64,000 nucleotides of DNA from Octopus vulgaris (lineage: Eukaryota): NCBI GenBank assembly GCA_951406725.2, contig OX597817.1, positions 59,830,001 through 59,894,000 on the forward strand, read 5' to 3'. Every line of letters starts with the position of its first letter. The first letter of the stretch is position 1. Made by a program: the position numbers and the translations under genes. Of this stretch, positions 28,807 to 41,734 are shown piece by piece. The notes below the pieces were generated by a model. The model saw only the letters and a program-made list of their open reading frames with translations, was not told the origin of the DNA and did no database searches.

Positions 28807-28863
28807 CTACAAAACCTGTTACTCTGAGTTTCGTGTTGCCGTTCATCAGACAGTTTTTGCTAG
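28807..28863 (-). ncRNA. Type-I hammerhead ribozyme motif, left arm of the palindrome
   Basis: Minus strand reads cuagcaaaaacugu CUGAUGA acg gcaa cac GAA acuc a gagu A acagguuuuguag. Canonical core; stem I cugu/acag extendable; stem II partly decayed; stem III ACUC/GAGU; GUA triplet. Confidence 0.7.
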
Positions 28864-28878
28864 AATATTGGTTCTATT

Positions 28879-28935
28879 CTAGCAAAAACTGTCCAATGAA
28901 CGGCAACATGAAACTCAGAGTAACAGGTTTTGTAG
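28879..28935 (+). ncRNA. Decayed hammerhead motif, right arm of the palindrome
   Basis: cugu CCAAUGA acg gcaa cau GAA acuc a gagu A acag. Same motif as the left arm, but G5 is mutated, so it is probably inactive. Confidence 0.55.
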
Positions 28936-29493
28936 AATTTTCTGCTGCTTTAAATAAAGTATATTTATATATATATATATGTGTGTGTGTGTGCATGCTA
29001 AGTTACATATATCTGTGTGTGTCTATGTGTGTATACTGGAAAACAAAAACATATTTCTCATGATTCCTTACTCTTCTCACCACCCCCTACAACTTGTACA
29101 TTATTCTCTGCCCCCCCCCCCCCAGTGCCCGATCATAATATTTCTAAATCTGTCTCATGGAATGTCCTCCATGGTTTATGCTGCATTAACTCTCATGCAG
29201 GCGAATGCACCTCACACGCTGCATTTTCTTGCAGTCTCTATTGATTTCTCTCGTCACCTGTGTTGGTCTTATTCACTTCACTTTGGGAATAATCAAGACT
29301 CTAGCGTACCTGTTGGGTTTTTCTCCTTTGACAACCGTATAGGAATAACCTACCTGTCTTGTGTGTTTGCGCATGTGGTTAGGTGGTTAAGAAGTTCAAT
29401 CCCATTGTGTGGTACCTGAGGCTTGTCTTTGCCTACAACCTTCAATCAACTCAAGCTTTAGGAATGGAAACGGGTAGAAGGAAACGATGTACA

Positions 29494-29868
29494 GCGCAGG
29501 AGTGGCTGTGTGGTAAGTAGCTTGCTTACCAACCACATGGTTCCGGGTTCATTCCCACTGCGTGGCACCTTGGGCAAGTGTCTTCTACTATAGCCTATGG
29601 CCGAACAAAGCCTTGTGAGTGGATTCGGTAGACGGAAACTGAAAGAAGCCTGTCGTATATATGTATATATATATATGTGTGTGTGTGTTTGTGTGTCTGT
29701 GTTTGTCCCCCTAGTATTGCTTGACAACCGTTGCTGGTGTGTTTATGTCCCCATCACTTAGCGGTTCGGCAAAAGAGATCGATAGAATAAGTCCTGGGGT
29801 CGAGTTGCTCGACTAAAGGTGGTGCTCCAGCATGGCCGCAGTCAAATGACTGAAACAAGTAAAAGAGA
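29494..29868 (+). mobile_element. Full-length tRNA-derived SINE, family A (dominant family)
   Basis: Head gcgcaggagtggctgtgtggtaag with B-box ggttca(g/t)tccc, CORE-like caccttgggcaagtg, internal (TA)/(TG) tract, tail gactgaaacaagtaaaagag. Many fragments across the window. Confidence 0.9.
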
Positions 29869-30424
29869 ATTTGGAAAGCTGGCCTTGTCCACCTTGTCAT
29901 ACTGATTGGGCATTAGGAATATGCTGTGGGTCTTCTGGATTATTCCTCACTGAAGCCAGTGGTGGAACCACGGAACCTTTGTGTGTTTGTGTGAGTTTGT
30001 ATGAGGTTGTTTGTTTATGTGTGTGTTGATCTATTCGTGTGTGTAGGTAAGAGCTGTAAAGTCACCATCAGCTTTCCCAGGTCAGATGGAATTGGTTAAG
30101 TAGATTTTGTTATGGCTGGATGCCCTTCCTGTCACCAACCTGTCACCTGTTTCCAAGCAAGGTAATATTTCTTCATGAACAGACGCTTTTTTCATGGAAG
30201 ATTAGAAATGAACAACACTGCTTGTGTGATGGGGATGCTCATTTACAACCACAATATCAAGACAAGTATAAATACACATACATGTGCACACATGACAGGA
30301 TTCTTTCAGTTTCCATGTGTCCAAATTCATTCACAAGGCATTGGTCAGACTGGGATTATTAGCAGGAGACACATGGCCAAGGTGCTGTGTAGTGGGGTGG
30401 GGGAGATAAAATTCCATAACCTTC

Positions 30425-30941
30425 TTCTTCTTTCTTCTTTATGCCTTTAGCCCTCCAACGCAGAGTATAGGCCACTTATAGTTGAATTCCATGTCGCATA
30501 ATTTTCCACTTCTGTACTTATACTCTGCCATGAATGTCCCCCTCTCTCTAGTTCCTTTTGTGTTGATCTCCACCACGAGTTCTTAGGCCTACCTCTCCTT
30601 CTATATCCATCCGGTTTCCACTGTAAAGCACTTTTCTCTACATTTGGTGTGTCTTTTCTAATTGTGCTACCAATCCGCTTTCACTTTTTCTTAAATATTT
30701 GCTCCCTAATCGAAACTTGATTTGTTCTTTGCCATAGCTCCATATTGCTTCTGTGTTCGGGCCATCTAATTTTAAGTTTACTACGCAAGCATCTGTTGAT
30801 GAATGATTGTATTTGTTTATTTGACTTAACTGTTGTTCACCATGTCTCAGCCCCATACAATAACACCGCTTTTACGTTAGTGTTAAAAATTCTTATTTTG
30901 TTCTTTATTGAAATTACACTTGCGCTCCATACTTTTTTTAA
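30425..30941 (-). mobile_element. 5'-truncated RTE-clade LINE (second family) with (AAG)n tail and probable TSD
   Basis: LKKVWS...KIRIFNTNVKAVLLYGAETW*...FINRCLR..LKIRWP...SNMELW...ALQWKPDGYRRRGRPKNSW. Direct repeat cataaccttc at 30415-30424 and 30942-30951. Confidence 0.88.
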
Positions 30942-31237
30942 CATAACCTTCACTGAGGTCAATTTATTTTCCTTCTCCTGAACTCAATAAGAATATCCAT
31001 CCATCACTGGAGACAACTGGTTCTGAATAATAACAAAAAATGATGACACCCAACCATTCGACTGATGCATGACATTTGCTGGCAGATCTAACATACTCTG
31101 CATGGAATGACTCTGATTCCAGGTCTGTTTGATAGAAAGGGGGTCTGGGTCAAAACCACCACATGGTAGAGACCATTCTACCATTTACTTATAGCCATTA
31201 TAAAAAAATAGATATAGCTGTCAAATCTCCCTTTTAA

Positions 31238-31458
31238 CCCTTTCGTTACCATATTTCTGTTGAGATGCTCTGTCAGGTTTCTTTCAATTACTTTAAATAT
31301 AACAAAGAATTTAGTAAAATAACTTTATCATTCATCTAGGGTTAGGAATATAAATTGTGACTAAGGTTTGGTGGAAGATTTTAATTGAAAACTTTTGAAA
31401 ACAAGACATTTGTACTGCAGAGCCAGAGCTGGTTTCAGCCAGGTTGGTATCGAAAGGG
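31238..31458. mobile_element. Complete non-autonomous piggyBac-type MITE (221 bp)
   Basis: TTAA TSDs at 31234-31237 and 31459-31462. TIRs CCCTTTCGTTACC and GGTATCGAAAGGG (1 mismatch). A related decayed body occurs near 7610-7800. Confidence 0.9.
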
Positions 31459-32059
31459 TTAATTCCATGAAAAAGAAAAGCAAGGACGCAAATAATATAC
31501 TCCAAGATGCTCTGTGCGAATAAGAAAGTAGGAATGGTCATGTCTGGAACACCTTTGTTTCATGTTGTGTGTGATCAAGGAAAACAAACTACAGTTCTTC
31601 ATAATACAACACATGCTTGGTTTAACACACAAGTTGCCATTTCAAAGTGCTACCCTTTACTAAAAGACTAAAGTTGACTGTTTTAATCAGCCATCTTACT
31701 CTTTTATTTTCCATTTTTCTTTTAGTTTCCGTTTCATTCTCTCTCCTCTCTCTCTCTCTCTTCCTCTTTAAGTGTGAATGAAATATTAACAGTTGTTATT
31801 GGTTGGGAATAATTACTTGAGAGTTTTAACACTAGGCTGAGTTTGTTGTTGTTTGGATGGGTGGGGAGATAATGCGTGTGAGGAGTTGGAGAAACAGTAG
31901 AAAGAGAAAGTTGAGACTGAAGAGGAAAAAGGAGAATGGGGGAGGGGGAATGATAAAACAAATTAATAGCAAAGTGGGGTGAGAACAAAATTGAAATTTA
32001 TTCCTTAATAACTCTAAAATGCTAATGAAGGTCTTGGGTGGTAAGGTTATATGAAGTTG

Positions 32060-32090
<31 letters not shown>

Positions 32091-33767
32091 TCGAAATGAA
32101 GTAAAGTAAAATTACTGTTGTTAAGTTATTTAATATTCCTAAAAAGTTCAAAGGTTAAATAGTCTGACCTCTGATGCCACCACCTCTGCACCTATTGTCT
32201 TCCAGGGCACCTACACGCCACCATTTTGCCATTCTTCATTCAGTTTCACTTGTCTCACTTCAGATTCAGTTGTCGGGGTTTTTCCCCCCTTTTCTTCTTG
32301 GCACTCCATCAGCGTGTTGCCTGAAAAGGGGTGAAATTTATTCAAATTTCAAAAACGATCAACAAAAGTTGGAGAGGAAGAACAGAGTTAAAAAGAAAAA
32401 CTCCATAAAACACTACAATAAAAATATTTTTTTGTGTTAATTTCAAATAATATTGGGAAAGATTAAAGTAAATGAAAAAGAGACTGCTTACCAACCACAT
32501 GGTCCCAGGTTCAGTCCCACTCTGTGGCACCTTCGGCAATTGTATTCTACTGTAGCCTCAGGCTGACCAAAGCCTTGTGAGTGGATTTGGTAGACAGAAA
32601 CTGGAAGATGCCTGTCATATGTATACATGTATGTATATGTTTGTGTGTCTATGTTTGTCCCTGCTAACCGCTTGACAACCAATGCTGGTGTGTTTACGTC
32701 CCCGTAATTTAGTGGTTTGGCAAAAGAGACTGATAGAATAAGTACTAGGCTTACAAAGAATAAATCCTGGGGTTGATTTGCTCGACTAAAGGTGGTGCTC
32801 CAGCATGGCCACAGTCAAATGACCGAAACAAATACAAAGAATATATATATATATATATGTATAATAAATATTAGGGAATAAATCCAAATTTACAGGGAAA
32901 AAAATCAGATTTAGGATTAAATCCAATTTTATAGTAAAATATTATATAATATTAATTAGAGACAAAACCACTATTTTGCAAAACAAACAAGGAAAGACTT
33001 AATCAATACATAAAATTTTAATAAAAAGTAAAAAAAAACGCCACTATGCATATGTGGGTGCAAACGAGTTAAATATGCAAACAACGAGAGAAAAAAATGG
33101 AAAACAGAACAAGTAACACAGAGAATGGCCCTTCATCAGTTGTTGGCTGTCTAGCTACTCTTCATTTCGAGTGTTCAACAACAGTATGGGTCTTTGAAGA
33201 CAGTTGCTCCCATAAATTCCAAAATAAAATTTTGGATTTATGGAGAGTCAAAGTTGGGAACAAAAACAGGACAGTGGAGACGTGTGTGAAGTGGTGAGCT
33301 GGCAGAATCGTTACCACACTGGGCAAAATGCTTTGTGGAATTTCGTGTGTCTTTACATTCTGAGTCCCAGTTCTGCCAATGGTGGAATTGCTGGCCTTGG
33401 GACAAAATTTGAAACCAGCCAAACCATCTAACCCATGCCAGCATGAAAAATAGACTCTAAATGATAATGATGATACATAGCTTTGGGTCGACCAAAGTCT
33501 TGTGGGTTTGGTAGACAAAAACTGAAAGAAGCCCACTGTATATATTTATATGTGTGTGTATGTGTTTGTCCCCCCACCCCACCATGGCTTGACAACTTAT
33601 ACTGATACTGGTGTGTTTATGTTCCTGTAACTTAGCGGTTTGGCAAAAGAGACCAATGGAATAAGTACTAGACTTACGAGGTTGATTTGTTCAGCTAAAA
33701 CCATTCAAGGTGGTGCTCCAGCATGACCATAGTAAAATGACTGAAACAAGTAAAAGAACAAAAGAAA

Positions 33768-33804
<37 letters not shown>

Positions 33805-34229
33805 ATTCTTGTGATCATCATTGAACTTCTGTTTTCCATGCTGGCATGGGTTAGATGGTTTGACCAGGGTTGGCCAGCAGGAGAGCTGCATCAGGCACTG
33901 GTCTGATTTGGCTTGGTTTCCGTGACTGGATGCCTTTCCCAAATGCCAACCACTTTGCTGAATGTGGTGGGAGTGTTTTATGTCGCATCAGTACAGATGC
34001 CCTTATTTGGTGTGCAGTGGCACAGGTACTATCATGTGGGGCCAGCACGAGTGCTTTTGACATGGCACCAGCATAAGTCTCTTGCAGGCTGTTCTTCTTC
34101 AGCAGGAGGAGCGGCATTAACAACTCTGCTGTGGAGGTGGGGGTCGGTCTTGTGTACAGCAAAGCACCAGTCCTTTGTCATCTCCTCCATTAAGCTATAT
34201 ATATATATATATATATACACACACATACA

Positions 34230-34477
34230 CACAAGCAAAACGCACCCCCATCTAATGGACGGTGCTGAGTTGTCAAACATTTAAACCAAATGCACGTTCC
34301 CACGGCTTTATCGATTGCATTCACACCTGGAATTGGTTTTTGTAATTTTTTCAAGACTTATACATGCCCTGATACCGTCGGTATCTACACATCAAATTTG
34401 AGTGCAATCGGATGGAGGATGCCCGAGATCCGAGAAGACACACACACAGACAGACAGAATGGATTTTATATAATAGA
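34230..34477 (-). mobile_element. 5' portion of a non-autonomous Helitron-type element
   Basis: Minus strand atctattatataaaatccattctgtctgtctgtgtgtg...catccgattgcactcaaatttg. The 3' end is not visible and the left boundary is approximate. Confidence 0.6.
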
Positions 34478-34823
34478 TATATTCTTTGACCCCCTTCGGT
34501 CACGAATGACCATGGGATTGCACCTAGAAAGTTACCCTCCAAGGCACAAGCCTGGGCAAGTTTGGTTATGGAAGGCCAGCAGTCGCCCATGCAAACCAGC
34601 CTCCCCTCTCTATGCCACTGATGTTATCCAAGGGAAAGTCAAAGGGGCCGATACAGCTTGGAACTAGTGACGTCACAATTCATTTCTTCAGCTGACTGAA
34701 CTGGAGCAACGTGAAATAAAGTGTCCTGCTCAAGAACACAACACGCAGCCCAGTCCAGGATTAGAACTCACAACCTCAAGGTCAAAAGTTCAACACTCTA
34801 ACCACTGAGCCATGTGCTTTCAC

Positions 34824-34884
<61 letters not shown>

Positions 34885-37800
34885 CACACATGGCTCCTTT
34901 CAATTTCTGTCTTCTAAATCTACTCATAAGGCTTTGGTCAACTCGGGGCCATATTAAGAAGGTGCTTGCCTAAGGTGTCGATCAGTGGGACTGAACCTGG
35001 AACTGTGAGTTTGGGGAGCGGACTTCGTATAGCCATGTAAGAAAGTAAACATTCATACAGATACACAAATTTACACACACACACACAAGAACGAGAGAGA
35101 GGAGGTCCATAGAGTTTGTCTACCAGTTCCATTCTGAAGTTAAGGCAGCAGACTCTTGTATCAAGTTCCACACTATTCAATGAAGTGGAACTGAAGACCA
35201 TATGGTAACGAAACAAAGTCTGTTGCAGCTGGAATATCTTTGATCATAGGTTTGTTGGATCAAGTTTGACCTGGGGTTAAACAGCAAAACTAACAGAGTA
35301 GTGAAAGACCTAAACAGCAGAAAGTTTAATCATAACTGATTGCAGTTCAATGTGGTGGTCACAGATGGAATGATTACTTAGACTTAGTTGTTCCTATATG
35401 GACACCTGGTTGTTGGTTTTCTTGAGACACTTCCACACCAGCCACTGGTCAATGCCAGAGCTGCTCTTGCTTACTGGTACAATTGAAATATCAGCTGACC
35501 AAAAGTATTCTAGCATGGCTGGACTACTTTGTCTTTTTAGGAGTTCCTTGGATTGATGTTACATTATCGAATAGTCTTTCCTTGTTTAGAATGGAAATGT
35601 AATCTGATGAGTTTTGGCTGCTGTTTCTAGCACATCCAGCAATCACACAAAGGCTCTGCCATAAGTTCATGTATCATGTTGGGGGTTGAGAATATTGGTG
35701 GTGATGGTAGTGGAAGGGTGGGGATGGTTGTAATGTTTGTGTGGAAGTTAATGGTGGTGGTGGTGTAAAGACAATAGTGTAGTAGTAGCAGTGGTTGTGG
35801 TGGCAGGGTGAGTGGTAGTGTTTGTATGGAAGATTGGCTGATGATGGCATTGGTGGTGGTGATGTAGAATTGGTTTGTGAGGAAGTTGGCAATGATGAGG
35901 GTTGCTGTGGTAATGGCATTGGTAATGTGCAGCGCTGTCTGCAATGGCGGTGGCAAGGAAGAAACCAACCGTTTTGCAATCAATAATATAATCAATGGAA
36001 TCGACCAAATCTGTGTCCACATTGGGAGAAGAATGGGTGTTAGTAAAGTGTACAGCATAGAAAGGTCAAGTGTCCAATGTCATTTGTGGTGATTTAAACC
36101 TGTGAAAGGTCAGCTGTCCAATGTCAGCACTGGTCATCTTTGTGATCCAGGTTGAGTGGAGGTATTAGTGGAATCTTTGACCGTTTCTTATTGCACCTTG
36201 ATTAGCTTTGATCCAGCAGGCCTACGATCAAAGAGGTCAGATTGGCAGGGTCATTTAATAGTGATGGTACCCCCCCCCATTATTTGACCTTTGTCAAAAC
36301 AACCCCCTTTTCCCCCAATACCTGCTGCAGGCCCCTCCCTCCCCTCTCCATGCTCTCTCATTCTTCCTTATGCCACTCTCAGCTTCTCTCACTTGCTCCA
36401 GTCATGTCTTCCCTATCTCTAAACATATCCCCTCACACTCTTATGGAACAACCTCCTTTATCCCCTCTGTGCTACTTATATCTCTCTCCCCCACACACTG
36501 TTCACTGTGGGTGGGCCCCAATATATCCCCTACACCATCTATTTCTCTTTCCCTCTGTGTCTCTATCCTTCTTTCTCTCTCCCACCTTTCTTCTTCTGGG
36601 GGTAGCCAAGTATCTCCTCTATAGTCAGACGACTATCTCTGTCCCTTATACTCTCTCACCTGGCACACAGTCACTTCTGTCGGTTCCACCCTCCCTCTCA
36701 ACTAAGAAGTCTTTGTCTTGCAAGTTACTTGGGGACCTCACTGGTGCTGGTGCCGTGTGAAAAGCACCTGTTTTGGTGTCACATAAAATGCACTTGTGCC
36801 AGTTCATTGTGAAAAGCATCCGGTACACTCTGTAAAGCAGCCGGGGTTAGGAAAGGCACCCTGCCATAGAAACCGTGCCAAGAAAACCTAGTGCAGCCCT
36901 TTGGCTCACCAGCTCCTGTTGACATGTCCAACCCATGCCAGCATGGGAAACAGACGTTAAATGATGATGATGATGATGATGAGAATGCCTTGCAGTATTT
37001 GTTCCCATTCTCTACACTTTGGGTTCAAATCCCAGCAAGGTGAGTTTTGCCTTTCATCCAAATCCAAATTGGTGACTGAGCAAAGTCATTAGAAGGACTT
37101 GCACTATACAAGCTTTGCCACCTTGGATAGACATTGGTGGCTGAGAGAGGGGAACTTGCATACATGGCAACTGCCCAGCTTCCCCATCTTTGAACTGAAA
37201 GGTCTTGTCCAGGGCCCTGCCCATCTATCTCCACCTACACCTTGCACATATAAGGTCAGCCTTGATCAACAGAGACTCCAACAATGGTTTCAAATTCTAG
37301 CAGAAAGCCAGCAACCCTAGAAGGAGGCTGATAGTTGATTACATCAACCCCAGGATTTGGCTGGTCCTTTAGTTAATTGTCCCCCAAAATGATGAAAGGC
37401 AAAGTCAACCCTGGTGGGATTTGAACTCAAAATGTAAAGAGCCAGAAGAAATGCCACTAAGAATTTTATCTAACAATGATGAGACATTCCTGCCATAGCC
37501 ACCCTGACTTTTTATCAGGACTCAGTTTATCAAATCCCTACTTGTTTCTTAAAGGTACACTACATGGCTTGAGTAAGATTTGGTTACTATGCCTAGCAGG
37601 TTGAGTGACCACATATGCTTTCTAATTGACATGCTCCTCCACCTACTGTTTGTGTCTCTGACCCCTCTGCCTTCAGCTGTTGATATTGTCAGTGGGTCCC
37701 TCATGTAAAAGTGCCATGTGTCACTCCAGATTTTCTACAGCTGGATTCTCTCCCTGTTGCCAACCCTCACCAGTTTCCAATCAACGAAATATTTCCACAT

Positions 37801-39366
37801 AACTAAATAGGTCTTCAATGGAAGCTTGGAACTGAAGGATGCTGGTTGTGTGAGTTACTCATTTGCAACAAAGAACTCCTGTTTTTTTACAGAAACCTTC
37901 ACCACCTGAATGTTACCAAGACATTAAATGACACAAAAATTGTTTTAAAGAGAGAATATATTCACATAAAAAAAATACATATATAACAACTTATTATTTT
38001 GAAAATTGTGAATGACAATTTTTATTTTTTATAAAATAAAATTTTGTTAACTTTTATTGAGGATGATCTCATGGAACCCTGGGGGTTGCTCAAAACTCAC
38101 TTCTGGAAAATACTACCTTACACTTTTCCACCCTTACATTCCCCCTACACAACATCGCACCTACATGTCCCTTATTTTATCAATTCTAAATATACCCCCC
38201 TTCCTCTACTCAGTCTAATACTAACAAATGCCAGTCCTTCCCAAAAATAGTAGGAAAATTTTCCCCATTTTTCCCCCTTTTATTAACAAGAAAACAAAAT
38301 AGTTTGCATCCATTGAACTCTTTCTCTCTTCACCACAACACTGGACAAATCTAAAACATTAAAAATATCTTATATTAATTAAACATGGTAATTTTTATTC
38401 AATCCCTTATCACCTGTTCTTTTGTTGATCATAATTGTTAAACTTCTGCTTTCCCATAGTGGCACAGGTGGGACGGTTTGACAAGGAACTGTTAAGCTGC
38501 TGGGTTGTGTCAAAACTCCAGTATCATCTTTGGCATGGTTTCTACAGCTGGATGCCAACCACTTTGCAGAGTGTATGGGGTGCTTTTCCATGCCACTAGC
38601 ACCAGTGAGGTTGCCATGAAACTTGCAAGACAGAGTAGAACAGGTGAACAGAAAAGAGCAAAGCTCTCACTACTAAGAGGAAGTATTTGAAAAGGGGCAA
38701 GGTAGAAGTGGGTGGCTGTGTGCCAGGTATTGAAAGGCTGAAGCATGGGAGCGGAACAAGCACAGGTGTCCTGCTATAGAGGAGATATACGGGTGAAGGA
38801 GATAAAGGGAAGTTAGTGATGGGCTACGAGAACAAACTTTCAAGGTGTTTCCCTTACAAAACAACATACCACAAAAACCCTTGAAAAAACCCCAACAAAT
38901 ACCTTTCAGTCAATGTCTACACACACCAACACTGCCTTCTGCAGAGAAAAGAGACTTTTTAATTGAAGATAACGAGCCTTAATCAGCATAGAATCAACTA
39001 CTTAATCTAGGCAAATATTTACCTATAAAATATAGTCAGGTGGCTCCATAGAAAGATAGTTCTCACTTTGATTGCACTTGATGGATAATTCTCTCTCTCT
39101 CTGCTGTGATCAATAAGAGGTCAAGTCAGGTGAAATCTTCTGCGTATTGATTGATCTGCAACTCAAAGCTAAGCTGTTGTTTCGTATTCCCCACCCACTT
39201 TTTTTTTTTAGTCTCTTTCTCCAGCGATTTTCTTTGCAAATCAGGCAGTGTTTGTTCTGCCTACAATGTAGATAAGACTTGTACCACACGTGTCACAACA
39301 TTAATTATTCTCTTCTTACATACACACACACACTGTATAATGTTTTTATAGGTATGCATTTTGAAA

Positions 39367-39407
<41 letters not shown>

Positions 39408-39414
<7 letters not shown>

Positions 39415-39473
39415 GTATTTTATATATGGGCGTGTGTATGTATACATATGTAATGTATATGTATTTTATATAT

Positions 39474-39514
<41 letters not shown>

Positions 39515-39612
39515 GTATTTTATATATGGGCGTGTGTATGTATACATATGTAATGTATATGTATTTTATATATGGGTTTATATATATGTATATATATATA
39601 TATATATATATA
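39408..39612. repeat. Two-copy 100-bp tandem duplication in TA-rich sequence
   Basis: aaaaatgtattttatatatgggcgtgtgtatg... begins at 39408 and again at 39508. Confidence 0.9.
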
Positions 39613-39880
39613 ATAAATATAAGGGTAGCAAAAAATTCTCCGCTACCAGCGGTCCAGTGAGAAAGAAAAGGTAGTCAAAGACTATATAATATACATTCAA
39701 AAATATAAGGAATGGCCATAATAGGACATTCGACTCACTAGAAAGAGCAGCCAAACTCAAACCGCTAATAGTTGTAATTCTGAAATTGAAAGAGAAATAA
39801 AAACGTTTACCCTTTCATCTCTGCAGAATTACAACTGTTAGCGGTTTGAGTTTGGCTGCTAGTGAGTCGAATGTCCTTTT
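39611..39880. mobile_element. Fold-back insertion in (TA)n with ~55-60 bp inverted arms
   Basis: aggacattcgactcactag...ccgctaatagttgtaattctg (39723-39782) is inverted at about 39824-39877 with a small indel. TA tracts flank both sides. Confidence 0.65.
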
Positions 39881-40394
39881 ATATATATATATATATACAC
39901 ACAAGCACATTCACATATAAAATATATATACAATACATATATGCAAGTGTGTGTGTTTATATACAAGCATACATGTGTGTGTGTGTGTGTGCACACTTGG
40001 CAACCCTGGTTGCCTACCGAGGAACATAAAAAGAACTTTCTTTTCAACTCATCTTTCTTTGATAAAGAAAGCAAAATCCACACCCTTCCGACTCAATAAA
40101 CTACGATTATTCCTGAAAGTTTTTTTTTTTTTTTATATTCTCTACGGATTGCTTAAAGCTGACTTTCTCCCTACACCTCGATCCCTGGATCTTACATCTA
40201 TCTATCTATCTGTCTGCCTATCTATCTATCCATCCATCTATCTATCTATCTATCTATCAATACACACACACACAAGTAGTAGCATGTAATGAATAAATGT
40301 ATACATGTAAATGATAGAGACCCCCTCCACACACACACACACATGCACAATAAGAAAAGAGAAATAGAGAGAGAGAAAAAAATGGGGTTGGGGT

Positions 40395-40880
40395 GGTGGC
40401 AAGAGCGAAGTGTCTGTAACAAGCTTCACAACACCTGGCGATCAGGTATTTCAAAGTCAATGAAGTTGACTCTTTCTTCAAGGCTTGTATTGAAAGAATC
40501 CTTTTCTACAGAGCTGAAACCTACACTTTGAAGAAAGAACTTCAAAGACACCATGATGGTACACATGCTAAGATTCTCTTAAGAACTTGAAATACCTCAT
40601 GGTGTGAACCAAAGACCAAAGTGGTCAGCTATGGAAGCATTCCATCCAACTCTGCTATTGTTACAAGTTAGATTTGGCTGGCCACTGCTACTGTGCTGAA
40701 TACCAGGTCATAGGGATTGTTATGTTGTGGAGATTTCTGCACTCTGAGGATGAAGGCCACTTAACTACATTAGGGTTTTGGGGTTATTAGCTAAGACGTG
40801 CAACATGAAGTTGAGAACCAGCCTGAAGAAATGAAGAAACAAAGATTCCTGGCACGTCTTTGTTGCTGCCTCTACATTGT
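40395..40880 (+). mobile_element. Old RTE-clade LINE coding fragment
   Basis: FFKACIERILFYRAETYTLKKELQRHHDGTH...YGSIP...LAGHCY...MLW resembles the RTE LLYGxETWTL...LDGTY...FAGHC region. Boundaries approximate. Confidence 0.7.
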
Positions 40881-41033
40881 TTAATATCTGTTGAGTCTGA
40901 CTGTGAATATGACTTTTGGCGTTTAAGAGGCAATCACATTGGACTAATTTTGGTTAAGTTAGTTTTCCGTGCAATTAATAATGAAGTCATAGATTACTAA
41001 ATATCCCTATGATGATGATGATTGCGTGTGTGT

Positions 41034-41573
41034 AGCATTTCTCGTTTAAGCACCCCATATAACCACTGACAACTTTTTTTTTACTTTTTGGGGAATTTTC
41101 AGGAAATTTTTGTGAATCTGTGTTCTGCACTCAGGAATTCATATGATTATGCAGGAAAAAAAAATTGTGCATGAGACTTAAGGGCAATTTAGCTGTTATT
41201 TTTATTACATCTCACAACCACCTGATACCCTCCTTGTTTCTTTGTCACTCTGACGTATGTTTTTCAATATTTTTCTTGCCTTAAACTCATTTAATGGAAT
41301 GATGATACACCTAAGGGTGGTCCATCACTAGGATTTAAGCAAAAAGTTTTGACTGTCCATATTTTAAACTCTGATTTAAAAAAAAAAAAGAAATAAAAAA
41401 AGCGTGGAACTTTTAGGATTTATGAGGGAGGGTGTTTTAAATTTTCTTAAAATTTTCTATTTTCATAATTGTGTGAACCCCTGCATGTAGAACACAAAAT
41501 CACAGAAATTTTCTGAAAATTCCAAAAATAAAATAGTTACAAGAGGTTATATGAGGTGCTTAACCAGAATGCC
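41034..41573. mobile_element. Non-autonomous DNA transposon with long (~120 bp) imperfect TIRs
   Basis: ttaagcaccccatataacc (from 41046) against ggttatatgaggtgcttaa (to 41563). Complementarity continues inward (ggaattttcaggaaattt / aaattttctgaaaattcc). Superfamily not assigned. Confidence 0.75.
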
Positions 41574-41577
41574 TCAT

Positions 41578-41631
<54 letters not shown>

Positions 41632-41663
41632 CTGTAAATGTAATATGTGACAATTATTCAGTA

Positions 41664-41734
41664 GCCATGATAAAACTCAGATTTTCGGATGCCGAGGTGA
41701 AAATCTACGCTGCCATCTCTTCAGTTATCCGGCC
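41664..41734 (-). ncRNA. Type-I hammerhead motif in an insertion next to (TA)n
   Basis: Minus strand reads ggccggauaa CUGAAGA gaug-(22 nt)-cauc c GAA aauc u gagu U uuaucauggcu. Stem I gauaa/uuauc extendable to about 10 bp; stem II GAUG/CAUC; stem III has one mismatch; GUU triplet. Confidence 0.6.

Larger units (their letters stand above)
28710..28965. mobile_element. Small fold-back element in (TA)n with 91-bp inverted arms, likely a PLE terminal-repeat derivative
   Basis: Arms 28777-28867 and 28875-28965 differ at 4 positions, with a 7-nt loop ttggttc. TA repeats flank both sides. Confidence 0.75.

Noticed and set aside
29125-29244. Cys-containing frames as possible MANEC exons (also near 15701-15808 and 39212-39290)
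   Set aside because: Cys spacing does not fit MANEC, and the frames end in stops or lack good donors.
33050-33282. CTGATGA on the - strand near 33139 with an upstream CGAAA, in a repeat-like insertion
   Set aside because: I could not build convincing stems I and III. It may merit a consensus check but is not supportable here.
35627-36058. Long Thr/Pro/His-rich ORFs on the - strand
   Set aside because: They arise from degenerate (TGG)n low-complexity sequence that is open in several frames.
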